Part shown: positions 31,173 to 54,741 of the stretch, one piece after another
Layout: the number at the start of each line of letters is the position of its first letter
Numbering within the stretch: the stretch's first letter is position 1
NCBI RefSeq assembly: GCF_009914755.1
Contig: NC_060943.1
Direction: 5' to 3' (one strand)
Source of the DNA: the human T2T-CHM13v2.0 reference genome, Homo sapiens
DNA: 64,000 bases
The notes under the pieces: generated by a model
Databases searched by the model: none
What the model was told of the DNA's origin: nothing
What the model saw: the letters and a program-made list of their open reading frames with translations, nothing else
Position numbers and translations under genes: made by a program

Positions 31173-32101
31173 TCCAAATGTTAGTTGGGCATAGTGGCAA
31201 GCACCTGTAGTCTCAGCCACGTGGGAGGTTGAGGTGGGAGGATCGCTTCAGCCTGGAAGGTTGAGGCTGCAGTCAGCTGCGATAGCACTACTACACTCCA
31301 GCCTTGGACAACAGAGGGAGACCCTGTCTCAGAAAAAAATAAATAAATAAATAAAGCAGGTTAGAAACTGTGATGAGGTCTGCTGGGCAAAATTCCATAT
31401 AAGCAAAGTATAAATTAATAAAGCAAATCGTGATAAATTAGTACGATTGACTTTCTGGAGTTTCTGACAATAAAAGTAAGGAAAATGCAGAACACAAAGA
31501 CAGAGAGTAAAAAGAGAAATTAGGAAAGCATTCTACATGTTGAATAGGAAGACACTGGCCATGTTCGTGCAGCGGCAGTATGTCGTGACATGACATACCT
31601 TGGAGAGAAGTTAACAGATGAGGAAGTTGATAAAAATCATCAGAGAAGCAAAATACTGGTAGCGACACTCAAGTAAACCATGAAATTTCCATAACTTATG
31701 TCAGCAAAGTGGGAATATTGTACAGTGTGTGTTGAAGTTCCTATACAACATTGTTTATCTGCCTTTTGTTTGTTTGTAAGGAATGTATATACTAAAAGTT
31801 CTTCTTGCTGTCAAAAGAATATGCGTGAATAAGTCATTTTAACTTATTCTTCTGTTTTTCTTTTATCTTCCTGCCATCATCCCACAGCCTTACTTTAGAA
31901 ATTTCTTTTTTAGAAAATTGAACAAGTGCTCCTTGTGGTGGCACATACCTCGAGGATGGGAGGCAGGGGTGGAAGGGTCACTTGAGGCCATTAGTTTGAC
32001 ACCAGCCTGGCCAAAAAAGTGAGACCCTGTGTCTACAAAACAATTTAAAAATTAGCCAAGTATCGTCATGTATACCTACAGTCCCAGCTACCTGAACTTA
32101 C

Positions 32102-33034
32102 TGAGAAAGTTCAGGGCCTGGAGAGAAGGCTGGGAGGCAGGAGCTGGGTCTAAAGAGGCCATTGTAACGATGGAGCTGTGCCTGTGGAGGCTGTTGTGAG
32201 GCAGTAGCCTCATCTGCGGAGGCTGCCGTGACGTAGGGTATGGGCCTAAATAGGCCATTGAGAGTCATGAGCTTGGTCTGTAGAGGCTGACTGGAGAAAG
32301 TTCTGGGCCTGGAGAGGCTGCCGGGAGGTAGGAGCTGGGCCAAAAGATGTAAGCACATTTGCATTTATTAGGCACTTTATTTCCATTATTACACTGTAAT
32401 ATATAATAAAATAATTATAGAACTCACCATAATGTAGAATCAGTGGGCGTGTTAAGCTTGTTTTCCTGCAACTGGATGTTCCCACCTGAGCGTGATGGGA
32501 GAAAGTGACAGATCAATAGGTATTAGACTCTCATAAGGACAGCGCAACCCAGATCCCTCACATGCACAGTTCACAACAGGGTGCGTTCTCCTATGAGCAT
32601 CTAATGCTGCTGCTCATCTGAGAAGGTGGAGCTCAGGCGGGAATGTGAGCAAAGGGGAGTGGCTGTAAATACAGACGAAGCTTCCCTCACTCCCTCACTC
32701 GACACCGCTCACCTCCTGCTGTGTGGCTCCTTGCGGCTCCATGGCTCAGGGGTTGGGGACCCCTGCTCAAGTGCATCCAAAACGACCCTTCCCACACCAG
32801 TCTTCACAGTGGTCAAGGGCAGCAACCACTTAGCTCCCAAGGCATGTGCCTCAGCTGGCATTTCGTCACAATCAACAGTAAGTGGTAGCTTGAGTCACTG
32901 TGAGGTCACCTACTGGAAATCACCAGCATCCCATTTCCCACTGGCAAAGAGCTCAGCACTGCCCCCTGGGAAACCAAACCTATGCCCAAATCCCATCTGT
33001 GTGGGTTTACCTCCTGGGACCCTTCCTAACATAT
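32102..33034 (+). repeat. Recent direct duplication, copy 2 (GC-repeat tail, MER1A and flank)
   Basis: About 9 substitutions versus 28688-29620, counted by eye. Confidence 0.95.
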
Positions 33035-33419
33035 AACCTTCATAACATACTTGAGAGGCTGAGGTGAGACAATCGATTTAGCCCAGGAGTTTGAGATCAG
33101 CCTGGACGACATAACTAAATCTCATCTCTACAAGGACGAGGTGGGAGGATCACTTGAGCCCAGGAATTTGTGGCCAGCCTGGGCAACAAAAGAAGACCCC
33201 ATCTGGCCAACATGGCCAACCTGGCCACCACGGTGAAACTCTGACTCTACAAAAATGATCTGGGCATGGGTGACATGCGTGTGTAGTCCTAGCTACTTGG
33301 GAGGTTGAGATGGGAGGATTGCTTGATCTCAGAAGGCCAAAGCTATAGTGAGCTATGATCACATCACTGCACTCCAGCCTGGATGGCACAGGAAGATTCT
33401 GTCTCAAAAAAAAGAAAAG

Positions 33420-34900
<1,481 letters not shown>

Positions 34901-35584
34901 AGACAAACATGGGCTTTTCTGTCACCTACCTGCTTAACTGCATAGGAGAGGCAATATGTGGTGCTCATGAACAAAGCAAACATTAAAGTCAGACCAGACC
35001 CAACATTTGACTCAGTCTTAATATCCAGGTGAGCCTGCGCAAATCATTCATTATTCCTAAGGTTTTCATCACTCCATTCATAAAATGGGGATAACTGTGG
35101 CACCTACATGTGATTCTGTGAGAATTAACAAAATATTATGCTTGGGGTTATTGTGATCATTATACCTGTTCCAAACTATTTGACAAGGACAGTGATGGAT
35201 GAAGACATCAAAAAATCAGAAACTGCAATGAGGTCTCTCAGGCAAAATTCCATACAAGCAAATTACTGTGTCTACAAAGCATTCCTGCCACACTTAATTC
35301 ACCATTCCCTGAACAAAATATGCCATCTTCATTGTTCAGGTCTGTACAGTGCTGGTGTCCCTTCCCGGGCAGTTTGCGCTATCCCATCCCGGCCCATTCC
35401 CCATCCCTCCACCTCCCCCTTCCCTCCCCACTCTCATACAACTCTTCCTCATCTTTCAGGACTTGGCTTCAATGTCACCTTAACTGGAAGCTTCTCTCAC
35501 TCTCCAGAAGAGCTTCCCATTGCACCTGATGCATGGGAAACATAATTTGATCATTTTTAAGTTACAGTCCAAATCTTTTTGTAC

Positions 35585-35649
35585 CTGAATAACATGTTGC
35601 CCAGTCAGTCTCTCTTCCTGGATTCACAAGTCTTTCATGGTAGATCCAG
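35585..35649 (-). ncRNA. Candidate 65-bp lncRNA exon, copy A
   Basis: TTTTTGTCACTTCCAG acceptor and CAG|GTACAA donor; also present at 48399-48463. Confidence 0.5.
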
Positions 35650-36077
35650 CTGGAAGTGACAAAAAGACATCTTTTGACATAAAGGGATGACACAGACAGA
35701 CATAAGTTCTTAAATGTCTTAAATGTTATGTGAAAATTAAACAGAATTCAAAGACTTGTGGGGAGCACTTAGGAAGTTACTGGGAATGTCATAAAGGGTT
35801 AATTTGTATTTTATTTTATTTTTTGAGACAGTCTCATTCTGTCACCTAGGCTGGAGTGCAGTGGTGCAATCAGGCTCACTGCAGCCTTGACCACCTGGGC
35901 TCAAGTAATCTCACTTAATTTTTATTTGGTTTAAGAAACTCTTGGTTGAGGGTGGTGGCTTATGCCTGTAATCTCAGCACTTTGGGAGGCTGAGAGAGGT
36001 ATATTACTTGAGGCCAGGAGTTTGAGATCAGACTGGGCAATATATTAAGACCCTGCCTCTACCAAAAAACAGAGTGA

Positions 36078-36528
36078 ATGTGTGGAAGACAATTTTTCCA
36101 CAGACTGGGAATGAGGGAATAATTTCAGGATGATTCAAGTGCATTACATATATTGTGCACTTTATTTCTATTATTACTACATAGTAATATATAATGAAAT
36201 GATTCTACAACTCACTATAATGTAGACTCAGTGGGATCTCTGAGCTTGTTTTCCTGCAACTAGACTGTCCACCTGGGGTGATGGGAGACAGTAACAGAAT
36301 ATCAGGCATTAGATTCTCATAAGGAGTACACAACCTAGATCCCTCGCATGCACACTTCACAACAGAGTTTGTGCTCCTATGACAATCTAATGCTGCTGCT
36401 GATCTGACAGGACATGGAGCTCAGGTGGTCATGCAAGCGATGGGAGGGGCTAGAAATACAGATGAAGTTTCCCTTCACTCGCCTGCTGCTCACCTCCAGC
36501 TCTGTGGCCCTGTGGTTGGAGACCGCTG
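36078..36528 (-). mobile_element. MER1A, older paralogous copy
   Basis: GTGGAAGACAATTTTTCCAC...GGTTGGAGACCGCTG; shares downstream flank with 29352-29665. Confidence 0.8.
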
Positions 36529-36868
36529 CTCAAGTGCATTTGAAAGGAACCATCCCACGCCATTCTTCAGAGTCATCTTTACTGCTGCAGTGGTCAACTT
36601 GTAGCACCCCTAAGCTTGCAGGACATATGCTTCAACTGGCATTTCACAATCAACAGTATGTGGCAGCTTGAGTCATTGTGAGCGCACTTCCTGGAAATCA
36701 CCAGCATCCCATATCCCATTGCAAGGAGCTCAGCACTGCTCCTTGGATAACCAAACCTATTCCCAAATCCCATCTGTGTGCGTCTATCTCCTGGTACCCT
36801 TCCTAGCATCAATTCTGTATTTGTAGGAGTCCAATCAGGAGACACAAACCACTCAAAAGTTTAAACTA

Positions 36869-37930
<1,062 letters not shown>

Positions 37931-38639
37931 GTGTTAATCCCCCTATGGGAATCTCCTCTTCTCCTGCCCTCTCTGGAACCTCACTTGTCAGTTCTTCCTC
38001 CCACTTTCCTGTATCTTTAACCTATCCCCCACTTTTAGCTCCTTCCCATCATCATTTAAATTACTCAAACTTCTTCTGTTTTAAAAACCTCTCCCTAAAC
38101 TCAGGGAGAGGTCTTCTGCACACACATTGAGCCATCTGCTCTTCCTGGTGCCTTCTCTACAGCAGCCTGAGCCATGTCTCTAATCTATGAATCTCATCAT
38201 GTTACTCCCCCATTTACATCACTTCTCCTTGCCTCAGGGATTAAGTCCAAACTCCTTAACAGCCCCTGCTCTGCCCTGCCTTGCAAGGCAGCCTCACTGC
38301 TTGCCCCTCTCCATTACATCTGCTATGGAGTCCAACTGAGCCTCATCTGCCCCTTGAACGCACACTCTTTCTCCTCTGGGAGTCTCTGAAGTGGGTAATA
38401 TCCTCTGCTTATAATATGCTTCCCCTTAAACCTCTACTCTCTTCCTAGCTAGCTTTGACTCCTCTGTCACTTGTCCGCTTTGGCATCACCTCCTCACAGA
38501 AGACTTCTATGACTCCCGAGATTCTCAGGAGCATGGCAGGTGAAGTGCTCCTCCCATGAATGGATGGAGATTAAGGAGTGTGTGTTATTCATGCTTAATT
38601 CACCAGTGCTTAGCTGAGTACCTGGCATAAAATAGTTAC

Positions 38640-45190
<6,551 letters not shown>

Positions 45191-45387
45191 AAAAGAAATA
45201 TACATTTGGTCTCTGCCCCTGGTTCCTGGCATAGAGCTTCCAAAGCTCTTATAAAGCCCTTCGTGACAGAGGTAATAGGAGCATTTTCTGTTTTGATATT
45301 TAGTCTTAGTCCCAGGTTCCTGACACAAGGGCCTCTAAGGTCTTTCAGATCTGCAGCATGGTAAGAATGCATGTGGGATGCTGTTGA

Positions 45388-45751
<364 letters not shown>

Positions 45752-46668
45752 CCAACCACATTTTTTGAGGCTTGGAACTTTCAGCCTCACCTGCTGAACT
45801 CCAGGAGGCAAAAGGAACTGGAGATTGACTTAACTACCAATGGCCAGTGATTTTATCAATCATGCCTCCATAAACACCCAAACAGCAGGGTTTGGAGAGC
45901 TTCTGTGTTGCTAAACACAAGGAGGTCCTGGGAGGGTAGTGTGCCCAACAGAGGGCATGGAAGCTCTGTGCCCCTCCCCACTTACCTTGTCCTGTGCATC
46001 TCTTTCATTGGCTGTTCCTGAGATGGAGCCATTACATTGAGCCAGTAATAGAAAATAAGGTGGCCAGATGCACTGGCTCATGCCCGTAATCCCAGCACTT
46101 TGGGAGGCAGAGGTGGGCAGAATCACTTGAGCCTAGGAATTTGAGACCAACCTGGGCAACATAAGAAGACCCCATCTATACAAAAAATAAAAGAAATTAG
46201 CCAAATGTGGTGGTGGGAACCCTGTAATTCCAGCTACTTGAGAGGCTGAAGCAGGAGAATCACTTGAGCCCTGGACGTTGAGGCTTCAATAAGCTATGAT
46301 TGCACCACTGCACACCAGCTTGGACAACAGAGCGAGGCCCTGTCTCTTAAAAAGAAAAGAAAAAAAACTTGTTTTTCTAAGTTCTGTGAGTTGTTCTAGT
46401 AAATAATTAAACTCAACAAGAGGGTCATGGGAAACCCTGATTTCTAACTGGTTGGTCAAAATACAGGTGACAACCTAGGACTTGCAACTGGCATCTGAAG
46501 TGAGGGTGGTCTTGTGGGACTGAGCCCCTAACCTGTGGGTTCTGTGCTAACTCTAGGTAGTGTCAGAATGGAATTGTGGGATACGCGGTTGGTATCCAGA
46601 GAGTTGGAGAACTGGTGTAGAAACTCTGCACACACATTTGGTCAGAAGTCTGTGAGTAGAGAGAAACG

Positions 46669-47731
46669 TGTTGCAGGAAGTCAGGGACCCCAAACGGAGG
46701 GACTGGCTGAAGCCACAGCAGAAGAACATAAATTGTGAAGATTTCATGGACATTTATTAGTTCCCCAAATTAATACTTCTATAATTTCTTAGGCCTGTCA
46801 TTACTGCAATCTCTGAACATAAATTGTGAAGATTTCATGGACACTTATCACTTCCCCAATCAATACCCTTGTGATTTTCTATGCCTGTCTTTAATCTCTT
46901 AATCCGGTCATCTTCGTAAGCTGAGGATGAATGTCCCCGCAGGACCCTGTGATAATTGCGTTAACTGCACAAGTTGTTTAAACAATATGAAACCTGGGCA
47001 CCTTGAAAAAAGAACAGGATAACAGCAATTTCAGGGAACAAGGGAGATAACCTTAAACTCTGGCTGCCTGTGGGCCGGGTTGAACAGAGCCATATTTCTC
47101 TTCTTTCAAAAGCAAATAGGAGAAGTATTGCTGAATTCTTTTTCTCAGCAAAGAACATCCCTGAGAAAGAGAATGCATCCCTAAGGGGAGGCCTCTGAAA
47201 TGGCCGCTTTGGGGACGGCTGTCTTTTACAGTCATAGATAAGGGATGAAATAAGCCCTGGGTTCACGTGGCGCTCCCAGGCTTATCAGGACAAGGAAATT
47301 CCCGCCTAATAAATGTTGGTCAGATGGGTTGTCTGCTCTCAAACCCTTTCTCCTGATAAGATGTTATCAATGACAATGCGCGCCCGAAACTTCATTAGCA
47401 ATTTTAATTTCGCCCCGGTCCTGTGGTCCTGTGATCTTGCCCTGCCTCCATTTGCCTTGTGATATTTTATTACCTTGTGAAGCATGTGATCTCTGTGACC
47501 CACACCCTATTCGTACACTCCCTCACCTTTTGAAAATCACTAATAAAAACTTGTTGGTTTTGCGGCTTGGGGGGCATCACGGAACCTGCCGACGTGTGAT
47601 GTCTCCCCTGGACATCCAGCTTTAAAATTTCTCTCTTTTGTACTCTTTCCCTTTATTTCTCAGACTGGCTGACACTCAGGGAAAATAGAAAAGAACCTAC
47701 ATGAAATATCAGGGGTGAATTTCCCCCGATA
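46669..47731 (+). mobile_element. MER11 solo LTR (HERV-K HML-8)
   Basis: Starts TGTTGCAGGAAGTCAGGGACCCC, AATAAA near 47542, ends GAATTTCCCCCGATA; ~1.06 kb; no clean TSD seen. Confidence 0.9.
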
Positions 47732-48398
47732 TCACACTGGCTCTTCTCTCACCTGTCTACCTGCTTAACTTAATAGGAGAGGCAATGCATGGTGCTCATG
47801 AACAAGGCAAGCATTAAAGTCAGACCAGACTAACATTTGACTCAGTCCTAATATTCAGGTGAGCTTGGGCAAATCACTCATTAACCCCAAGTCTTCATCA
47901 TTTTGTGCATATAATGGGGATAACTGTGGCACCCACCTGTTTTTGTGAGAATCAATGAAATATTATGCTTGATGTTATTGTGATCATGATACTATCTGAC
48001 AAGGGCAGTGATGCATGATAACATCAAAAAATTAGAAACTGTAATGAGGTCTCTTGGGCAAAATTCCATACAAGCAAATTACTGTCTCTACAAAGCATTT
48101 CTGCCACACTTAATTCACCATTCCCTGAACAAAATGTGCCATCTTCATTGTTCAGGTCTGTATAGTGCTGGTTTCCCTGCCTGGGCAGCTCACTCCATCC
48201 CATCCCAGCCCAATCCCCATCCCTCCACCTCCCCCTTCCCTCCCCACTCTCATACAACTCTTCCTTATCTTACAGGACTTGGCTTCAATGTCACCTTAAC
48301 TGGAAGCTTCTCTCCCTCTCCAGAAGAGCTTCCGATTGCACTTGATGCATGCACTATTATTTGATCATTTTTGAGTTACAGTCCAAGTCTTTTTGTAC

Positions 48399-48463
48399 CT
48401 GAATAACATGTTGCCCAGTCAGTTTCTCTTCCTGGATTCAGAAGTCTTTCATGGTAGGTCCAG
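48399..48463 (-). ncRNA. Candidate 65-bp lncRNA exon, copy B
   Basis: TTTTTGTCACTTCTAG acceptor and CAG|GTACAA donor. Confidence 0.55.
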
Positions 48464-49432
48464 CTAGAAGTGACAAAAAGACATTTAAAAAAAAAAAAAA
48501 AGAGGGATGACACAGACAGACATCAGCACTTAAAAGTTTTAAACGATATGTGAAAAACAAAATTTAAGGGCTTCTAGGAGAAATGTAGGAGGGAAGGTGT
48601 TACTGGGAAATATGATAGAAGGTTAATTTTTATTTTATTTTATTTTTAGAGAAAGGGTCTTGCTCTATCACCTAGGCTGGACTGCAGTGGTGCAATCACA
48701 GTTAACTGCAGCCTCAACCTCCAGGGCTTGAGCAATATTCCCATCTAATTTTTATTTTGTTTAAGAAATGCAGTCTTGCTCTTAGCAAAGCTAAAGTGCA
48801 ATGGTGTGATCATAGCTTACTGCAGCCTCAACCTTCTAGACTCAAGTGATCCTCCAGTCTTAGCCTCCCCAGTAGCTCGGACTACAGGTGTGCACTGCAA
48901 CGTGTAGCTCATTTTTTTTTTTTAATTTTTAGTAGAGACAAAGTGTCACTATGTTGACCAGGTTGGTGGTGATCTCCTACACTCAGGCAGTTCTCTCACC
49001 TCAGCCTTCCAAAATGCTGGGATTACAGGTGTGAGCTGCCACACCTGGCTGAGGGGGTTAATTTTTAATTATATAAAGAGCTCAAAGCAAATATTAGAAG
49101 GAGCCTAAATGCCTCCAGCAGTTGACTGGTACTGGTAAATTGTGATACATCCATATAATAAAATATTATGCAACCATGAAAAGGATTAAGATAGATCAAT
49201 AGGTATTGGCACAAATGTCCACGAAATATGAAAATATGAAGTGATGTTCAATCACCATGTACGTATCTTGAAGGATATGGCCCATTTTCTCAACTGCAAT
49301 TATTTCCTGAGATAAGATTATGGGTCTAAAGAGTGAAGGACATTTTTCACTTATTTAAAAGTATTTATCATTTTTATAATTTAATAAAAGATTAAACAGA
49401 TCATTGAATTAGTAAAAGACAAAGTAACTCTA

Positions 49433-49546
<114 letters not shown>

Positions 49547-50416
49547 CTAAGAAACAAAGCAAGACCTCCTCTCTAGTAAAAATAAAAAAATAAAAATAAT
49601 TGGCCAGGCATAGTGGCATGTGCCTACAGTCCCAACTACTGAGGTGGAAGGATCACCTGAGCCTAGGAGGTCAAGGCTGCAGTGAGTTGAGACTGTGCCA
49701 CTACACTGAAGCCTAGGAGACAGAGCGAGACTTCATCTCAAAAAAAAAAAAAAGGACAATAAAGAAATAAAGCTAATAAGCTAACATAAGGAAAGATAAA
49801 ATATGTGACAAATAGGCTGGGCACATGGCTCACAGCTGTAATCAAGCACTTTGGGAGGCCAAGGCGGGTAGATCATGAGATCAGGAGTTCGAGACCAGCC
49901 TGATCAACATGGTGAAACCACGTTTCTACTAAAAATACAAAAATTAACCAGGCATGGTGGCATATGCCTGTAATCCCAGCTAATAGGAGGTCTTTCATTT
50001 ATCACACAGAAAATAACTTGTTAAATTATAATACCTGTGTGGGCGAAGGTGCAGTGAAATGGCCATTTTCTTGTAGTATTAGTGGTGTTTAAAATGTATA
50101 TAAGCCTTCCAGCATAAAGCTTGGAAATTTTTTTTAAATCATACAGACAGTGACTCATTATACTGCCTCCTCCAACTCCTGGCCTCAAGCAATCCTCCCA
50201 CCTCAGCCTCCCAAAGTGCTGGAATTACAGGCTGACAGCCACCATGCCTGAAAGCTTTGCAATTTACATCGAGGGTAATAAGAATGCTCATGCCCTGTGA
50301 CTCACAGTAATCTCACTTCTGGAAATTTCACCTTTGGATATAATTCAACCTAAACAAAAGGTCATATGCACAAACACAGTGAAAATCTGGGAGTAATTTT
50401 TTTCTCTTTTTTTAAA

Positions 50417-50519
50417 AAAATATGGAATGCTTCACAAATTTGCATGTCATTCTTTCACAGAGGCCGTGCCAATCTCTCTATTGTTCCAACTTAAGTATGT
50501 GTGCTACTGAGGCAAGCAT
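50417..50519 (-). pseudogene. RNU6: U6 snRNA retropseudogene, near full length
   Basis: Reverse complement aligns end to end to U6 with CpG-type decay; tail at 50400-50413; TSD GAGTAATTT at 50391-50399 and 50520-50528. Confidence 0.95.
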
Positions 50520-50764
50520 GAGTAATTTAAGATAGGGTGGTTAAGTGAAATAAGGAAGAATTATGGAGAATTTAAAAATCTATGCTATTTATAGGCACCT
50601 AGTAACAGCTCAGTAAATATTAGCTGCTACTATTATTATTTTTATGGTAATTTCACTCAATTAAAAACTGTCGTTAAAAATTACCATTGTCATGGAACAT
50701 AATGTCTCCTACTGTATAATTGTAGAAACAGATACAATTTGTCCCTTGGTATATGGGGGGATTA

Positions 50765-51087
<323 letters not shown>

Positions 51088-51349
51088 CTATCTAATCCAA
51101 TTAATGCTGGAATTGGGAACAGCAGAAGTGTCATCTCACAGCTACTCGCAATGAAAGGTGATGTCTGGGGCTCAGGTGTGTTGAGGTCCCCATGCCGGGA
51201 CTATGGGTGCTGAGTGGGATTTACTTGTCCATCCATTTTCTATATTCCAGCACTGGGAAACTAGGGACAGTACTTGTTCTCAAGGGAATCTTCAGCTTAG
51301 GTGGCTCTGTAAAAGAGAAATTACATCATTGAAAAATCGTCGCAGGTCA

Positions 51350-51469
<120 letters not shown>

Positions 51470-51472
51470 TTA

Positions 51473-51667
<195 letters not shown>

Positions 51668-54600
51668 TCACTCTGTCCAGCCTTGACTAATCAAAAGGGC
51701 CTTCTGGTTACAGAAGAGGTATGCTCTTTTGTAGGACAGGGAGAGACCAGCAAGCTTGTTCACAGACTTTTCCTCATCCTCTGCTTAGTTTTCCAAGAAC
51801 CCTCACAGTGGAAATGGAGTCTCTGGGAAAATGACCTAAATCTTTGGGTTACCAGGGGAGAAATATGCCTCCTTTGTCAATTAATAAATGGAACATCTGC
51901 CTTAAAATCCAGGGAGTTCTGCTAGAATGAATCACTCCCTAAGACCCTGACCAATGCATGGAACATGAAAAACTGAAGTTTAACTGGGCGTGGTGGATCA
52001 CGCCTGTAATCCCAGCACTTTGGGAGGCTGAGGCGGGCGGATCACCTGAGGTCAAAAGTTCTAGATCAGCCTGGCCAACATGGTGAAACCCCGTCTCTAC
52101 TAAAAATACAAAAATTAGTTGGGCATGGTGGTGGACACCTGTAATCCCAGCTACTTGGGAGGCTGAGGCAGGAAAATCGCTTGAACCTGGAAGGCGGAGG
52201 TTGCAGTTACTTCTAGAAGAATTTCCATTAGCCCTTTGAAATCCTTCAACATTCATGAAGGCCAAAGAGTTTTCACCTAATTTAATCTGATGGGTATGTG
52301 ACCAGAGTCTTTCTAGGGAATAGAGACTCCCAAACAGTTCGACTGGGAAGTGAGGAGAGAATTTATTACTCAAAACCAAAGGGAAATGAAAAGAGGCCAA
52401 CATAGAATGTCATTATTCTTTCTTGGTGGGGAATGGATTCCAGAGTCATTCTGTGACCTTTACATGACCTCCTTATTAGCATCTAAAAGCTTCCAGTGTA
52501 GGATGCAGCCAGCTAGGTTCTCTTCTAATGTAATAAAATTTGCTTCAGCAAATCTTATGCAGAGCCATCTCCAGGCTCCAGAAACAATAGGCTATAAATT
52601 ACTGGATCTCCCATTTGATACAATGAAGTATGAGCATGGTCCTGAATGACTCCTCTACATACTACTCTGGGTGGCTTGAAGTGAATTTGATACAAGAACT
52701 GGAGCGAGGGCAAAGCAGAGCTAGATCTAGGATTAATGTGCTTGGGCCCAGCTCCTCACTACTCACCTATAAGTCTAGTTCCAGAACCCAAGTAGAGGAT
52801 GGGGAAACAAGGCTCCTGACTTTTTTTCCCTAATGTCTGCATCTCTTTCACATTTCTTATCTCCTTGCAAAGAAACTAAACAGGCTCAACTGAAATAACT
52901 AAATGATTAAACCCTATACAGAGACTCTCCAAAGACTGACAAAATATCATTCAAGACTGTTACACAGACAACCTTGAGGATGACTTGATGTACCAGTGAT
53001 CTACAATATTTGGGATCATTCCAAATTCCCATCAAGGATCTGCCTATATCAACAAAGGAGCCAAGGACCAACCATTCAAATGGGCCCTGCTGCCAAGCCT
53101 TTTTTTTTTTTTTTAACAATGCCATCTCTTCATATTGTTCCATTTAACAAAACTGCAGCCCTTCATCTATCCTTAAGTCCCTTGGCCAATGGTACAGGGC
53201 CAGAGTATGCTACTCCCTAGCAGGAAATCAACAGGATGACCTACTAAACACCATTCAGAAGATGCTAAGACCCATGAATTGCAACAGGAAAGAAAAGACA
53301 GAGAATTAGTCAGACAGGTACATGCTGTGCCAAAAATGCACTACAGCCCCCACCCAATTCTGCCTAATCCTAGCTGGGCTGACACCAACCTGATGAGACA
53401 GGCCTATAAGATCTCAAACTAAAACAGAAACTCCTGAACTGGGTTCTTTCGAGCCCAGGAAGCAGCAGTAAATCATTAAAGAACAGATAAGTTCTTAAGG
53501 TGAGGGAGAGTTTCAGATAAATGGAATGCTGGTAGAACACAGGGCCCAAAGGAGCAAAAGTTAACCTAAGCCCAGGTAGAACCTTGTTTACTAGAGTATT
53601 AGGCATGGGTTTGGGCAACTATTCTAACCAGAGAAACTGGCTTCAGTGAGGGCAAGTTGGCAATCCAAGGTATAGCATGCATAGGGCTGGCAAAATTCAG
53701 GGTGACTGAAGCAAAAGCTTCATAACCAGAAAGACCACATCTGGGGGTAGAGCACAAAACTCTCAAGAGATGAATCTTTGTAAGAGTGAGGCAGAACTAT
53801 ATAGCAGTTTTAGGAGATCTGTTGGTGCCCAGCAAGAGCTCCAAACGGGCTATATGCAGGGATGCAGGCTGTAGTCTCAGGAGAGGAGGTTCACAAAAGT
53901 CATTCAGTCCAAGACCTCAAACTGCGTTCTCTACTAAAAGGAATCAAGGTTCCCTAGAGAAACGGCTGACTCCATGTATGGTGCAGTATATTGATCCTGG
54001 AACATCTGTTTTGCCAGAAAGCAAGAAAGTCATCAAAGTCCAACAGGATCACGTCAAAAAGACATGAAAGTCAACTTGAAGAGATAATTATTAACCTAGA
54101 TGAGACAATGTAAGCATCCAAAACAATAAAGACTGCAATGGCCTGAAATACATCAAATGCAAACAATAATCTATGAGTTCATAATGGTATTCAGAAAAAA
54201 AAACTACTGGTCATTAGAGGGAAGGTTACTAGGTCACTAACTTACTACTCTGAAAAGTGACTTAAGATGAGAGGTAGGGTGGAGAATTAGCTATTTATTC
54301 AGTCTTTCCTGTACAAACATAAATTTTTAGGGAGATTGAAGCAGATGAAACAAATCTGGAAAAATGGAGGTAACTGCTTAATCTGCGGGTTGGGTGCATG
54401 GAGGTTCAACATATTTCTTTTGTGTATATTTGAACCCCCTACAAAAAAAGCACAAGACAGAATGTGAGCCAAGCAGCTTAGGGTTTAGGCAAGGCTTCTG
54501 CCTACAAGAGACACTAGGATATGAGGGGTAGTTTTAGCCCTAATGGGCTGAGCCAACTGGAGGTATATAGGGAAGTGCTAAATTGCAGAGGTATCATGTT

Positions 54601-54741
54601 GCCCAGCACTTGATCAAATCCTAGATCCTAGGTCTGCTTGGTGGCATGCTTCCTAAGTAGTGGATCTGAGGCTACCTATAGAACTTCCTTTGCAGTCATA
54701 GTTCGCTCAGAAACTACAAAAGTGCTTGCTCTTGAAAATGG

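Noticed and set aside
46720-46860. Internal repeat GAACATAAATTGTGAAGATTTCATGGACA
   Set aside because: As I recall, a normal feature of MER11 LTR subfamilies
50417-50519. Functional U6 gene
   Set aside because: Many substitutions including the ACAGAGA box region; tail and TSD indicate retroposition, so no external U6 promoter is expected
51700-54700. Relatively repeat-poor stretch as hidden exons or an ERV internal region
   Set aside because: I could not recognise any protein or repeat; needs BLAST/Dfam, left unannotated
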